64,000 nt of DNA, taken from positions 3,342 through 67,341 of the forward strand of contig JAEENO010000049.1 of the NCBI GenBank assembly GCA_016283755.1, given 5' to 3'. Source of the stretch: Lachnospiraceae bacterium (GTDB taxonomy: Bacteria; Bacillota; Clostridia; Lachnospirales; Lachnospiraceae). How positions within the stretch are numbered: the first letter of the stretch is position 1; each line of letters starts with the position of its first letter. The notes under the pieces are model-generated. The model saw only the letters and a list, made by a program, of their open reading frames with translations. It was not told the origin of the DNA and searched no databases. This document shows, piece after piece, positions 10,004 to 20,083 of this stretch. A program made the position numbers and the translations under genes.

Positions 10004-11311
10004 TTATTTGATCCACGGCATAAGTACCGTAGGCTTCATCTTAAGTATCTTCTTCTGCTCAGCATTAAGATGCTTTTTATTGATTATAACTTCGTATACA
10101 TATTCGTCGAAGTACTTGTCAGAGCATACGAAGTATCCCTTCTTACCGACTTCATCGCCCCAGCTGTTCTCAATCTTGTATCTATTCGGCTTGCCCTTCT
10201 TGTCGAAGTTAACACCGGTAAGAATCATTGCATGTGTACCGAAGCTTGCATTATACATAAGACGCTCGCCCTTCTCAAGGTACATATCAACTCCGCCGAG
10301 TAAGCTTTCGAAATCAACGGAATCCTGATCCCATACGCCCATCTTTCTGTCGCCGTATGCTCCCGCATCACAAGCAAACCATACAGGCTCTCCGTCCTTA
10401 AGCTGCTTGATCGCAAGATCTTTTAACTGCTCTATAGGAAGGTTGATATAATCTACATTGCTCTCTGCCATATTGCCCATATAATGGAACGAATATGCCT
10501 TATTGAGCTTCTTATTCTCGGTAGGCTCATTGGTTATTGTAATGTAATCGTTTAGCTTCATACCGATATACTTCTCATAGAATGACTTTGGTGTCATCTT
10601 GTAATCCTGGTGAAAATTCTTATCCTTGTCTCTATAAGAGAAATCAAACTCCGTTACAGGCTCACCGAATGCTATGCAAAGTGCCTTGTAAATCTCCGCC
10701 ATCATTTTCTCTTTTTCAGGATACGGATCTTTCTTCTCTGCAACAAGCTTTCTGAGTACAGCTCCGTCTCTTCTTAAAAGGTTGTTAAGAAGGAACATAA
10801 GCTTAGCTGTATGTGTAGACTGCTCTGTCTCAGGCATTACATACTTAGGAACAATTCCGTACTTATTGACAAGGTCAACCGCCATGCTAAAGTATCCGCC
10901 GTCGCCGATACCGTCAAGGGTATATTCCATCATTCTGTCTTCAAGCGGCTTCTTTGCATTCTCGATATATAACTCAAGACAGTTATTGCACTTCTCAAGC
11001 TTATCATAGAATGCAAGATAGTTACCGGATAACTCAAAGCCTTCAAGGTTACAATTCTTGATGACTATCTCTCGCATTATATTCATAACGGAGAACATCC
11101 AGCATCTTCCGCTCTGCTGCTGTGCGGTTACTCCGTGAGTTTTAACTTCCACTTCAAATTCGCCGTCTAATTTTGCTGCTGCCTGGCGTACAAAAGCAAG
11201 GTCTATAAGCGGTGTCTTTGCAACAGCCGCATTAAGTACGTGTGCGTTCTTATCCTTGGCATACTGCTTTCTGACCTTATCGAGAAATTCCTGATTAATC
11301 TCTTTTTTCAT
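10004..11311 (-). CDS. pepC: aminopeptidase C (C1B bleomycin-hydrolase family cysteine peptidase)
   Basis: Catalytic Cys motif QQSGRCWMFS. I place the start at MKKEINQEF (ATG 11309-11311), with AGGAGG 9 nt upstream. The ORF-track start at 11347 would overlap pepT. Confidence 0.88.
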   Translation of the reverse strand: MKKEINQEFLDKVRKQYAKDKNAHVLNAAVAKTPLIDLAFVRQAAAKLDGEFEVEVKTHGVTAQQQSGRCWMFSVMNIMREIVIKNCNLEGFELSGNYLAFYDKLEKCNNCLELYIENAKKPLEDRMMEYTLDGIGDGGYFSMAVDLVNKYGIVPKYVMPETEQSTHTAKLMFLLNNLLRRDGAVLRKLVAEKKDPYPEKEKMMAEIYKALCIAFGEPVTEFDFSYRDKDKNFHQDYKMTPKSFYEKYIGMKLNDYITITNEPTENKKLNKAYSFHYMGNMAESNVDYINLPIEQLKDLAIKQLKDGEPVWFACDAGAYGDRKMGVWDQDSVDFESLLGGVDMYLEKGERLMYNASFGTHAMILTGVNFDKKGKPNRYKIENSWGDEVGKKGYFVCSDKYFDEYVYEVIINKKHLNAEQKKILKMKPTVLMPWIK

Positions 11312-11312
11312 A

Positions 11313-12563
11313 TTAACCTTCCTCCTTATTAACGAAGTTTTCCACAAGATTTATTAATATCTCAACGTTCTTCTCCATTGCCTGAATAGGCACGAACTCA
11401 AACCTGCTGTGTCCGTTCTCATATCCTGCGCTTATGTTAGGGCACGGCAATCCGCGCTGTGATATCGCAGAACCGTCCGTGCCGCCTCTAAACGGCAGTT
11501 CGTTCGGCTTAACACCCGCTTTTTCTATTGCGGACACAAGATAATCTATCATATACATATGCGGTTCGACTACTTTTCTCATGCTTCTGTAACCGTTCGC
11601 ATATTTAAGTTCAAATCTGTCCTTGCCGTACTTCTCGGCCATTTTCTCGACGCATGCATTAATATAGGCTATACGCTTATCGAACATAACATCATCATGA
11701 TCTCTGATAAGTATATATAATTCCGCTTCTTCGCATGTTCCGTTAAAGTAATGGGAATGATAATATCCTTCTCTTCCTTCCGTCGTATAAGGTCTTTCCG
11801 ATAAAGGAAGCATATTGATAATCTCTACACCGACATCCACAGCATTAATCATAACGCCTTTTGCGGTTCCCGGATGTACGCTTAAGCCCTTAATCTTAAT
11901 CTGAGCTTCCGTAGCATTGAATGTCTCGTAGCTATAAGTTCCTACGAAGTCTCCATCCAATGTATAAGCAAGTTCCGCACCGAATCTTGCAAAATCAAGG
12001 TCTTTTGCAAGACCGCCTACTTCTTCATCCGGTGTAAAAGCTATATCTATCTCGCCGTGCTTAATCTCGGGATGATTAATAATATACTCTGCGAATGCCA
12101 TAACAGAAGCTATCGCAGCCTTATCATCACCACCAAGAAGCGTGGTTCCGTCCGTAAAGACAATATCCTGCCCGATGTAATTCTTAAGATTCGGATATGT
12201 CTTAACTTCCATTACGATATTCTTTTCTTTGTTAAGAACTACATCGCCGCCCTGATAATTCTCATATACCCAAGGCTTAATATTCTCGCTTTCCACATCG
12301 GGTGATGTATCCATATGTGCGACAAATCCTACAGCCTTAACGCGTTTTTCCACATTGGACGGTATCTTACCGTAGACTACGCAATTAACATCATCAAGCC
12401 ATACATCCGATACGCCGATTTCTTTAAGTTCCTTCTCCAGAAGTCTCGCAAGATCAAACTGTCGCATCGTCGACGGTGTTGTTGTCGGGTTATGCATTGA
12501 TGCAGTATTAATAACCACGTATGATAAGAATCTGTCTCTTACGGATTCATATATGCTCTTCAT
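11313..12563 (-). CDS. pepT: peptidase T (M20B tripeptide aminopeptidase)
   Basis: 416-aa ORF with the M20 metal-ligand context (HMDT, DEEVGG) and a typical PepT N-terminus and length. Confidence 0.85.
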   Translation of the reverse strand: MKSIYESVRDRFLSYVVINTASMHNPTTTPSTMRQFDLARLLEKELKEIGVSDVWLDDVNCVVYGKIPSNVEKRVKAVGFVAHMDTSPDVESENIKPWVYENYQGGDVVLNKEKNIVMEVKTYPNLKNYIGQDIVFTDGTTLLGGDDKAAIASVMAFAEYIINHPEIKHGEIDIAFTPDEEVGGLAKDLDFARFGAELAYTLDGDFVGTYSYETFNATEAQIKIKGLSVHPGTAKGVMINAVDVGVEIINMLPLSERPYTTEGREGYYHSHYFNGTCEEAELYILIRDHDDVMFDKRIAYINACVEKMAEKYGKDRFELKYANGYRSMRKVVEPHMYMIDYLVSAIEKAGVKPNELPFRGGTDGSAISQRGLPCPNISAGYENGHSRFEFVPIQAMEKNVEILINLVENFVNKEEG

Positions 12564-12578
12564 AAACTCTATCCTTTT

Positions 12579-13511
12579 CTAATTCTCTCTTGTAAAAAGT
12601 GCATCAACGAATTCATCCGCATTAAAGCGCTCAAGGTCTTCTATGCTTTCTCCTACGCCGATATATTTAACCGGTATCTTAAGTTCGGACTGAATCGCAA
12701 CCGCAATTCCGCCTTTTGCCGAACCATCCATCTTGGTAAGAACTACACCTGATATATCGGTTACTTCGTTAAAGTCATGCGCCTGATTAAGCGCATTCTG
12801 TCCGGTTGCTGCATCGACTACAACCAAAGTCTCTCTTACCGCTTCCGGATATTCCTTATCTACGATTCTGTTAATCTTATGAAGCTCGTCCATAAGATTC
12901 TTCTTGTTATGAAGTCTTCCTGCGGTGTCTATAAGAAGAATATCAGCATGCTTTGCCTTGGCGGAACTAATCGCATCATATACAACCGCAGCAGGATCCG
13001 AACCTTCGTTACCCGCAACTATCTGCACGTCTGCTCTTTTAGCCCATTCTTTAAGCTGCTCCGTTGCTGCTGCTCTGAAAGTATCGGCTGCTGCCACTAT
13101 TACCTTCTTGCCGTTAGCCTTGTACTTACTTGCAAGCTTACCTATCGTGGTCGTCTTACCTACGCCGTTAACACCTATCATCATTATGACCGATGTCTTG
13201 TTCTCGAAATCGTAATCGTTCTCCGCAACCGACATCTGTGCCTTGATATCGTCTATAAGAAACTGCTTACAATCGGCAGGCTCTTTTATATGATTCTCTT
13301 TGACTTTAACTTTAAGGTTCTCAATAATACTGTCAACGGTATGTACACCTAAGTCTCCCATTATAAGAATCTCTTCGAGTTCCTCATAGAACTCATCGTC
13401 TATATTGGAAAAACCGCTGAATACACTGTCAATTCCCGCAACAATATTCTCTCTTGTCTTATTAAGACCGGATACCAGTCTTTTAAAGAACCCCTTCTTT
13501 TCTTCACTCAT
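12579..13511 (-). CDS. ftsY: signal recognition particle receptor FtsY
   Basis: 310-aa ORF with the SRP GTPase motifs GVNGVGKTTTIGKLA, DTAGR and TKMDG. It lies downstream of smc, as in Bacillus. Confidence 0.93.
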   Translation of the reverse strand: MSEEKKGFFKRLVSGLNKTRENIVAGIDSVFSGFSNIDDEFYEELEEILIMGDLGVHTVDSIIENLKVKVKENHIKEPADCKQFLIDDIKAQMSVAENDYDFENKTSVIMMIGVNGVGKTTTIGKLASKYKANGKKVIVAAADTFRAAATEQLKEWAKRADVQIVAGNEGSDPAAVVYDAISSAKAKHADILLIDTAGRLHNKKNLMDELHKINRIVDKEYPEAVRETLVVVDAATGQNALNQAHDFNEVTDISGVVLTKMDGSAKGGIAVAIQSELKIPVKYIGVGESIEDLERFNADEFVDALFTREN

Positions 13512-13528
13512 AACTTAACTCCAAATAA

Positions 13529-16500
13529 TTACTCAAGATCCTCTTCGATTAAGTTAACCGATACAAGAGCGGATACACCCTTTTCCTGCATGGTTATACC
13601 GTATAATCTGTCAGCTGCCGACATTGTACCACGTCTATGCGTAATAACTATAAACTGGGTATTCTTGGTAAGCTTGTTAAGATACTTTGCGAATCTGCTT
13701 ACGTTGGAATCGTCAAGCGCCGCCTCAATCTCGTCAAGAAGACAGAACGGTGACGGCTTAAGATTCTGTATTGCGAAAAGAAGACAGATTGCTGTAAGCG
13801 CTCTTTCTCCACCGGAGAGAATCATCATGTTCTGAACATTCTTGCCCGGCGGCTGTGCGTTAATTGTAATTCCGCATTCCAGGATATCTCCTGTCTCATC
13901 GAGAAGAATCGTTCCCTTTCCTCCTCCGAAAAGCTCCTTGAATACCTTATCGAATTCCTTCTGAATCTGAGCGAATCTCTCAGTGAACTGCTTTCTCATG
14001 CCGGTATCGAGTTCTTCGATAACCGATACAAGATTGGCTTCAGCCTTGATTAAGTCTTCACGCTGGCCGTTCATAAAGGTATAACGCTCGGATATCTCCT
14101 TATATTCCTCAATTGCACCGACATTAACGTCACCGAGCTTTTTAATCTCCTCGCGAAGAGAGTTGGCATTTCTCTTCATTGCAGGCGCATCATTATACTC
14201 GGGACTTCTAAGCTTCATAGCTGCGTGAAGTGTAAGCTCGTACTCTTCCCACATATGATTGGTCTCATTTTCAAGTCCTTCGTTAAGTCGCTCCTTCTGT
14301 GCGTTAAGTCTGTAGACTTCCTTATCAAGTTCAGCTTCCTTGGATGTAAGTTCTTCTCTGCGCTCAAAGAAAGTCTTATGCTCTTCGTTCATCTTCTCTT
14401 TCTTCTCTATCGCATTCTTTAACTTTTCTTCCAAAGCTGCAAAGTTATCGTCACCCGCGGATATCGACTTATATATCTCCTCGATATCGTGCTGCTTCTT
14501 CTTGATATCTTCATCCGAAAGATTGAGAGAACCGGTAACTTCGGCAATCTCTTCATCAATCTTGGCAATTTCGTTATTAACACGTTCCTGGTTAGCTTTA
14601 GCGAAGTTATGCTTCTGCTCAACTCCCGCAAAGTCAACCTGTAACTTCGATACAAGCTTTAGTGCTTCCTCTTCCATATACATCTTCTCATCGAGAACTT
14701 CCTGTAAGAGGACTGCTTCATCCTTAATCTCCTGCTCTCTTCTCTCGGTCTCGAATAAGTCTTCTTTCGCCTTATCCATATCGAGATTGATCGCATTAAG
14801 CTCTGTATCTATATTATTATTCTCAACCGCAAGGTCAGCATATAAGTTGTCGCTTTCTTCCTTCTGCTTTCTCGCATTCTCGACATTCATATGCGCCGTA
14901 TTGGATTCAAGTCTTAATTCTTCGAGCTTCTTCGTTGCTTCTTCCTTATCGTCCGATAAGAATTCCTTGGCTGTCTCTATCTCATCTATTCTGTTACTTA
15001 ATTCTTTGCGCTTTTTCTCTAAGTCCTTAATCTCTTTCTCAATATCTTCAAGTTCACGATTACGTCCCAAGAGATTGCTGTTGTTCTTAAAAGCTCCACC
15101 CGTAATGGAACCGCCGGTATTAAGGGATTCTCCTTCGAGTGTAACTATACGAAGCGCATAGTTATACTTCTTTGCAAGCTTTAACGCATTATCGATATTA
15201 TCAACAACGATAACACGGCAAAGAAGGTATTCCATAATATCCGAGAAACGACTTTCGGCATTAACAAGATGGTCAGCTCTTCCCAATACTCCTAAGCCTT
15301 TTTCCTTTAGGGCTTCTTCGGTTCTGTCATCAGGACGTCCCGTAACAGATGTAAGCGGTAAGAAAGTCGCACGTCCCAATTTATTAACCTTCAAAAACTC
15401 AACCATCTTCTTGGCTGTAGGTTCATCGGTGGTTACGATATTCTGGATGTTACCGCCGAGAGCTGTCTCAATCGCAATTTCGTACTTCTTGTCAACAGAT
15501 ATAATATCCGCAATAACACCTATAAGGCCCTTGTTACTTGATTGCTGCTCCATTACGCGACGTACGGAGTTACCATAGCCTTCATAACGTTCTGCCAGGT
15601 TACGTAAGGATTCTGCTTTCTGCTCTGCCTTATGATATGCAATGGATACCTGTTCCATTTCAGCGCTCGTCTCGCGCTGTTTTTGGTTCCATTCTTCCAT
15701 TTTCTTATTCATGGAGGACAATTGTTCCTCTTTAACCTTAATATCCTCCAATGTGCGATTATAAGACTCCTCGTAATCACTTAAAGTCTTATTCATCTGC
15801 TCTTCATCGCTTCGCTTCTGAAGTAAACGCTGATTAAGCTGAGCTTTTCTTATATTAATCTGCTCAAGCATAGTATCGTACTTCTGCTGCTTAGCACCTA
15901 TAATACCCTTCTTATTGACAAGGTCTAACATCTCGGTCTTGCCGTTCTCGATAGATGTATTGGCCTTCTGAATCTCTTCTCTTATATTCTTAAGGTCTTC
16001 CTGCGCGGAAGATAACTTGCCCGACATTTCTTCGAGGCTTTTTGCTATCTCTTCCTGCTCACTGTCATAACCTTTCTTCTCGGTCTCTTTTTCCGCACGC
16101 TCTTTTCGTAAGCTTTCCTCACGGGTCTTATAAAGCTCATCGTTAGTCTTGGCGGAACGGATCTGTTCTTCGAGTAACTTAATCTGACCTTCGAGCTTTC
16201 CCTTAAGTACTGTGGTACTTGACATTTCTTCCTTTATGGAATCAATCTCACCGTCTAAGTTCTCAAGGTCTGTCTCCATCTTCTCGTATTCTGCCTTGAT
16301 TCCGTCAAGCTTATCTCTGACATCCTTAAGTTCTGCTTCGGTTATACTTCCCTTTTCCTCGATGTCTTTAAGCTGAGCGGTAACCTTCTCCACGTTCATA
16401 AGGAAAAGGTTAACTTCCAAGGTCTGTAATTCGCTTCTTGCCTTAAGATAAGTCTTGGCTTTTTCCGCCTGCTTTTCCAAAGGTCCTATCTGATTCTCGA

Positions 16501-17092
16501 TTTCGCCCAGGATATCATTAATTCTAAGAAGGTTGGCACGCTCATTCTCGAGCTTTTTAATTGCTTCAACCTTTCTTCTTTTAAACTTAACAATACCTGC
16601 AGCCTCGTCAAATAATTCTCTTCTTTCTTCCGGACGACCGCTAAGGACACGGTCAATCTGACCCTGTCCGATAATAGAATATCCGTCTTTACCTATACCC
16701 GTATCGTAGAAAAGCTCATTAACATCCTTTAACCTACAAGGCGAGCCGTTAATAAGGTATTCGCTCTCACCCGAGCGGAATACTCTTCTTGTAACGGTTA
16801 CTTCCGTATAGTCTATAGGAAGCTGATGATCTGAGTTATCAAGCGTTATTGATACTGTTGCCGCAGAAAGAGGCTTTCTGTTCTCGGTTCCCGAGAAGAT
16901 AACATCCTGCATGGATGAACCTCGAAGCTGCTTCGCGCTTTGCTCTCCCAAAACCCATCTTACGGCATCGGCAACATTACTCTTGCCGCTTCCGTTAGGG
17001 CCTACGATACCCGTGATTCCGTTATGAAAATCAAACTTAATCTTGTGGGCAAATGCTTTAAAGCCATTTACTTCCAAGCTTTTTAAATACAT
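13529..17092 (-). CDS. smc: chromosome segregation protein SMC
   Basis: 1187-aa ORF with the Walker A motif GPNGSGKSN, long K/E-rich coiled coils, a hinge, and the C-terminal signature LSGGE followed by Walker B LLDEIEAALD. Confidence 0.95.
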   Translation of the reverse strand: MYLKSLEVNGFKAFAHKIKFDFHNGITGIVGPNGSGKSNVADAVRWVLGEQSAKQLRGSSMQDVIFSGTENRKPLSAATVSITLDNSDHQLPIDYTEVTVTRRVFRSGESEYLINGSPCRLKDVNELFYDTGIGKDGYSIIGQGQIDRVLSGRPEERRELFDEAAGIVKFKRRKVEAIKKLENERANLLRINDILGEIENQIGPLEKQAEKAKTYLKARSELQTLEVNLFLMNVEKVTAQLKDIEEKGSITEAELKDVRDKLDGIKAEYEKMETDLENLDGEIDSIKEEMSSTTVLKGKLEGQIKLLEEQIRSAKTNDELYKTREESLRKERAEKETEKKGYDSEQEEIAKSLEEMSGKLSSAQEDLKNIREEIQKANTSIENGKTEMLDLVNKKGIIGAKQQKYDTMLEQINIRKAQLNQRLLQKRSDEEQMNKTLSDYEESYNRTLEDIKVKEEQLSSMNKKMEEWNQKQRETSAEMEQVSIAYHKAEQKAESLRNLAERYEGYGNSVRRVMEQQSSNKGLIGVIADIISVDKKYEIAIETALGGNIQNIVTTDEPTAKKMVEFLKVNKLGRATFLPLTSVTGRPDDRTEEALKEKGLGVLGRADHLVNAESRFSDIMEYLLCRVIVVDNIDNALKLAKKYNYALRIVTLEGESLNTGGSITGGAFKNNSNLLGRNRELEDIEKEIKDLEKKRKELSNRIDEIETAKEFLSDDKEEATKKLEELRLESNTAHMNVENARKQKEESDNLYADLAVENNNIDTELNAINLDMDKAKEDLFETERREQEIKDEAVLLQEVLDEKMYMEEEALKLVSKLQVDFAGVEQKHNFAKANQERVNNEIAKIDEEIAEVTGSLNLSDEDIKKKQHDIEEIYKSISAGDDNFAALEEKLKNAIEKKEKMNEEHKTFFERREELTSKEAELDKEVYRLNAQKERLNEGLENETNHMWEEYELTLHAAMKLRSPEYNDAPAMKRNANSLREEIKKLGDVNVGAIEEYKEISERYTFMNGQREDLIKAEANLVSVIEELDTGMRKQFTERFAQIQKEFDKVFKELFGGGKGTILLDETGDILECGITINAQPPGKNVQNMMILSGGERALTAICLLFAIQNLKPSPFCLLDEIEAALDDSNVSRFAKYLNKLTKNTQFIVITHRRGTMSAADRLYGITMQEKGVSALVSVNLIEEDLE

Positions 17093-17106
17093 CTAAGTTA
17101 CCTGCC

Positions 17107-17799
17107 TTAATTACCCGCCGGCATATCCTTTAGCTTAAGAAGCGCATTGTATGCTGCTTCCTGCTCGGCGGCCTTCTTAGTTGAACCCACACCGGTTCCG
17201 ACCTTCTCATTGTCAATATAGGCATCAATTGTAAATACCTTGGCATGATCAGGTCCCGACTCATCCGCAAGCTCGTAATGAAGTTCTCCCTCATCACGTG
17301 ACTGCACAAGCTCTTGCAAAATCGTCTTACTGTCGTAGAATAAGTGCTTATTCTCAATATCAGTCAATATGAACTTATGTATGAAATCGCGCGCTTCCTT
17401 GAATCCGCCGTCAAGGTATATAGCACCTATAACAGCTTCCAAAGCGTCTGATACTATTGACTTTCTTGTTCTACCGCCGGTTAAGTCTTCACCGTGACCT
17501 AGATTAATGTAATCACCGAGATTAAGAGGCTTCGCACAAAGTGCCAATGTCTGCTCACAGACTATACTTGCTCTTAACTTGGTAAGTTCACCTTCCGGCT
17601 TGTCCTTATATTCCTTAAAAAGGAATTCGCTTGTAACTATTTCAAGAACGGCATCACCCAAAAACTCAAGTCGCTCATTATCCGCAAGGCGCCCCATATT
17701 CTTCTCATGGGCATACGAACTATGCGTCAGTGCCTGACGCAATAATCCTTCTCTTACAAAGGTATATCCGATTGCTTCCTGAAACTTCTTATTATTCAT
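17107..17799 (-). CDS. rnc: ribonuclease III
   Basis: 230-aa ORF with the RNase III signature ERLEFLGDAVL and a C-terminal dsRBD. Confidence 0.93.
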   Translation of the reverse strand: MNNKKFQEAIGYTFVREGLLRQALTHSSYAHEKNMGRLADNERLEFLGDAVLEIVTSEFLFKEYKDKPEGELTKLRASIVCEQTLALCAKPLNLGDYINLGHGEDLTGGRTRKSIVSDALEAVIGAIYLDGGFKEARDFIHKFILTDIENKHLFYDSKTILQELVQSRDEGELHYELADESGPDHAKVFTIDAYIDNEKVGTGVGSTKKAAEQEAAYNALLKLKDMPAGN

Positions 17800-17819
17800 A
17801 CATGCTCCTCCAAGAGCAA

Positions 17820-17852
17820 AACAATTAAAAGCCCTTTACACTAAGGGCTTTT
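17820..17852 (-). terminator. hairpin/partial terminator after acpP
   Basis: AAAAGCCCTT-tacact-AAGGGCTTTT (17827-17852). On the minus strand it is followed by a T-rich run. Confidence 0.55.
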
Positions 17853-17863
17853 AATAAATGCAC

Positions 17864-18094
17864 CTAATTGATTGCTTTTCTGATCTGCTCTACTGCGTCG
17901 CCGACTGTCTTGATTGTCGGTGCAACATCATCACCAATCTCGATATCAAATTCTTCCTCAAGACCCATAATTATCTGATACACATCAAGTGAATCAGCTC
18001 CGAGATCATCAATAAACGTTGTGTCCATTGTAATCTCGTCAGGATTAACTCCGAGTACCTCAACAATGATATCTCTTAACTTCTCAAATTCCAT
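17864..18094 (-). CDS. acpP: acyl carrier protein
   Basis: 76-aa ORF with the phosphopantetheine attachment motif DLGADSLD. Confidence 0.93.
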   Translation of the reverse strand: MEFEKLRDIIVEVLGVNPDEITMDTTFIDDLGADSLDVYQIIMGLEEEFDIEIGDDVAPTIKTVGDAVEQIRKAIN

Positions 18095-18110
18095 ATGTCT
18101 ACCTCTTTTC

Positions 18111-19124
18111 TTACTCTTCCGTCGGTGAAAAACGGAGTTTTATCTTATCATTGATATTTTCTTTTTTAAATGTACGGCACTGCATTATGGTATTATATAT
18201 CTCACCCATTTTCGCATTACCGTGCGTCTTGACAACAAGTCCCTTGCAGCCAAGGAGTGGTGCTCCGCCGTATGACGTGGCATCAAACTTCTTAAAAGCA
18301 TCTTTTAATGCAGGTTTAATAAGAAGTGCACCTATCTTGCTTCTAAAGGATGACATCATACTTTCCTTTATAATATTAATAAGTGTTCTTCCTGTTCCCT
18401 CGAGCATCTTAAGGGCCACGTTCCCTGCAAATGCTTCACATACAATAACATCGGCTCCTCCTGCAGGAATCTCTCTTGCCTCAATACTTCCGATAAAATT
18501 AATATCCTTACATTCTTTAAGAAGCGGATAAGTCTCTTTTACAAGCTGATTACCCTTCTCTTCCTCAACACCGATATTAAGAATGGCAACAGTCGGATTC
18601 TTAATTCCGACAACATGCTCCATATAAAGTGAGCCAAGGACCGCAAATTGTACGAGATGAGACGGTCTTGCATCGACGTTGGCCCCGCAGTCAACCAAAA
18701 GAGAAACACCTTTCTCCGTCGGAATAAGCGGTGCCAAAGGCGGTCTTTCTATTCCTTTGATTCTTCCGACAAGAAGCTGACCTCCCGCAAGAATTGCTCC
18801 GGAACTGCCCGCGGATACAAAAGCATCTGCTAAGCCTTCCTTAACTATATTAAGGCCCACAACAATCGAAGAATTCTTCTTCCTTCTGATTGCAGTAACC
18901 GGAGACTCTCCTGTCTCAATAACCTCATCTGCATTAACAACCGTAATTCTGTCACTTGGGTAGGTATACTTATCAAGTTCTGCCTTAACCGTACTTTCTA
19001 CGCCGACAAGTATTACATTAATATCCTCGCAATCTTTAACGGCCTTGACAGCTCCTTTAACAACTTCACCCGGAGCATTGTCTCCGCCCATTGCATCAAG
19101 GACCACTTTGGTTATCTCTTCCAT
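18111..19124 (-). CDS. plsX: phosphate acyltransferase PlsX
   Basis: 337-aa ORF with a PlsX-type N-terminus ([12 protein letters not shown]). It sits in a plsX-acpP-rnc-smc-ftsY context. Confidence 0.92.
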   Translation of the reverse strand: MEEITKVVLDAMGGDNAPGEVVKGAVKAVKDCEDINVILVGVESTVKAELDKYTYPSDRITVVNADEVIETGESPVTAIRRKKNSSIVVGLNIVKEGLADAFVSAGSSGAILAGGQLLVGRIKGIERPPLAPLIPTEKGVSLLVDCGANVDARPSHLVQFAVLGSLYMEHVVGIKNPTVAILNIGVEEEKGNQLVKETYPLLKECKDINFIGSIEAREIPAGGADVIVCEAFAGNVALKMLEGTGRTLINIIKESMMSSFRSKIGALLIKPALKDAFKKFDATSYGGAPLLGCKGLVVKTHGNAKMGEIYNTIMQCRTFKKENINDKIKLRFSPTEE

Positions 19125-19153
19125 ATATTTGCCCCCTCTAAGCTCTATAAAAA

Positions 19154-19182
19154 AATATACTATAAGTAGTACAATTTTTCAA
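19154..19182 (-). promoter_or_regulatory. putative sigma-A promoter of plsX operon
   Basis: On the minus strand: TTGAAA (19177-19182), a 17-nt spacer, then TATATT (19154-19159). Confidence 0.55.
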
Positions 19183-19203
19183 CGAAAAATGCACCTTAAG
19201 ACA

Positions 19204-19233
19204 ATAAAAAAAGCTGTCGCAAAATGCGACAGC
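19204..19233 (-). terminator. intrinsic terminator of the lipoprotein gene
   Basis: GCTGTCGC-aaaat-GCGACAGC (19213-19233), followed on the minus strand by T7. Confidence 0.7.
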
Positions 19234-19245
19234 CATAGAGAATTA

Positions 19246-19833
19246 TTATTTACTGTAATTAACCAAAACAAGTGATGTATCTAAGATATTCATCAACTGA
19301 TCATCTTCATCCGCAAGCCATTCTGCAGACATATTCTCGATATAGAAACCTTCGTATTCATCGGTAAAAATAATATAATCCCATGTGGAAGATCCCGGAT
19401 AAGTGCCCTTAACAGCCTTCATACCGTTAATTGTTATCTCTTCCTCGTCTTCGCTTCTGTTGAAACTATAATCGGCACTATATGTAATAATAACCGAGCC
19501 AATCTGACCCGCCTTACTTACTCTTACCATAGTTGCTGTATCGCCCGACTTGTATTCATTACCTGTCGCGACATATACCTCACCGTCTGCATTAAATGAA
19601 ATAGCTGCAAGCGGACAGATTGCCGCAAAGTTATTATCTCCGAATACTTCATAATCAAGATTGTTATAGAAATCCGAGAAATTCTCTTCTTCACCATTAG
19701 ACACATCTTCATTATTCTCTTCCTTATTCTCTGCATTGTTCTCACCTGTAACAGTCGACTCATTTTGACTGCAGGCTGTTAATGAGAAAATAAGTGCAAG
19801 CGCCAATATAACGGCAAATAATCTTTTCTTCAT
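19246..19833 (-). CDS. hypothetical lipoprotein with acidic N/E-rich linker
   Basis: Signal peptide plus lipobox MKKRLFAVILALALIFSLTAC. Start placed at the ATG at 19833, which has a purine-rich RBS. No family recognised. Confidence 0.7.
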   Translation of the reverse strand: MKKRLFAVILALALIFSLTACSQNESTVTGENNAENKEENNEDVSNGEEENFSDFYNNLDYEVFGDNNFAAICPLAAISFNADGEVYVATGNEYKSGDTATMVRVSKAGQIGSVIITYSADYSFNRSEDEEEITINGMKAVKGTYPGSSTWDYIIFTDEYEGFYIENMSAEWLADEDDQLMNILDTSLVLVNYSK

Positions 19834-19851
19834 AGTGTTTTCCCTTTTCAT

Positions 19852-19884
19852 ATCAAAATAATAAGGGTTTGCATACGCAAACCC
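19852..19884 (-). terminator. intrinsic terminator after rpmF
   Basis: GGGTTTGC-atac-GCAAACCC (19865-19884), followed on the minus strand by TTATTATTTT. Confidence 0.65.
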
Positions 19885-19900
19885 TACTAAAGAAGCTTAA

Positions 19901-20080
19901 TTAATCCTGCGGAATGATCTCTTTCTTATTGTAAGATCCGCATGCCTTGCATACTCTGTGAGGCATCATTAAAGCACCACACTTGCTGCACTTTACCAAA
20001 GTCGGGGCATTCATCTTCCAATTAGCTCTTCTCTGATCTCTTCTACCTTTAGAAGATTTGTTCTTTGGACAAATTGACAT
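19901..20080 (-). CDS. rpmF: 50S ribosomal protein L32
   Basis: Not in the ORF track because it is only 59 aa. The minus-strand ATG at 20078-20080 gives MSICPKNKSSKGRRDQRRANWKMNAPTLVKCSKCGALMMPHRVCKACGSYNKKEIIPQD. It lies immediately downstream of the DUF177 gene. Confidence 0.92.
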   Translation of the reverse strand: MSICPKNKSSKGRRDQRRANWKMNAPTLVKCSKCGALMMPHRVCKACGSYNKKEIIPQD

Positions 20081-20083
20081 TTG

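Noticed and set aside
11312-11347. N-terminal extension of pepC (MWKTSLIRRKVN) given by the ORF track
   Set aside because: It would overlap pepT by 35 nt and has no RBS. The ATG at 11311 is preceded by AGGAGG and gives the normal PepC N-terminus.
14340-15161. 273-aa Ser/Phe/Leu-rich ORF on the plus strand inside smc
   Set aside because: It is antisense to the K/E-rich coiled-coil region of SMC, and such codon-complement ORFs are a routine artefact. It has low-complexity composition, no RBS and no recognisable family.
17270-17300. CACGTG core resembling a parS site near smc
   Set aside because: Only the central 6-8 nt match (ATCACGTGAC). The flanking TGTT/AACA arms of the 16-nt parS consensus are absent.
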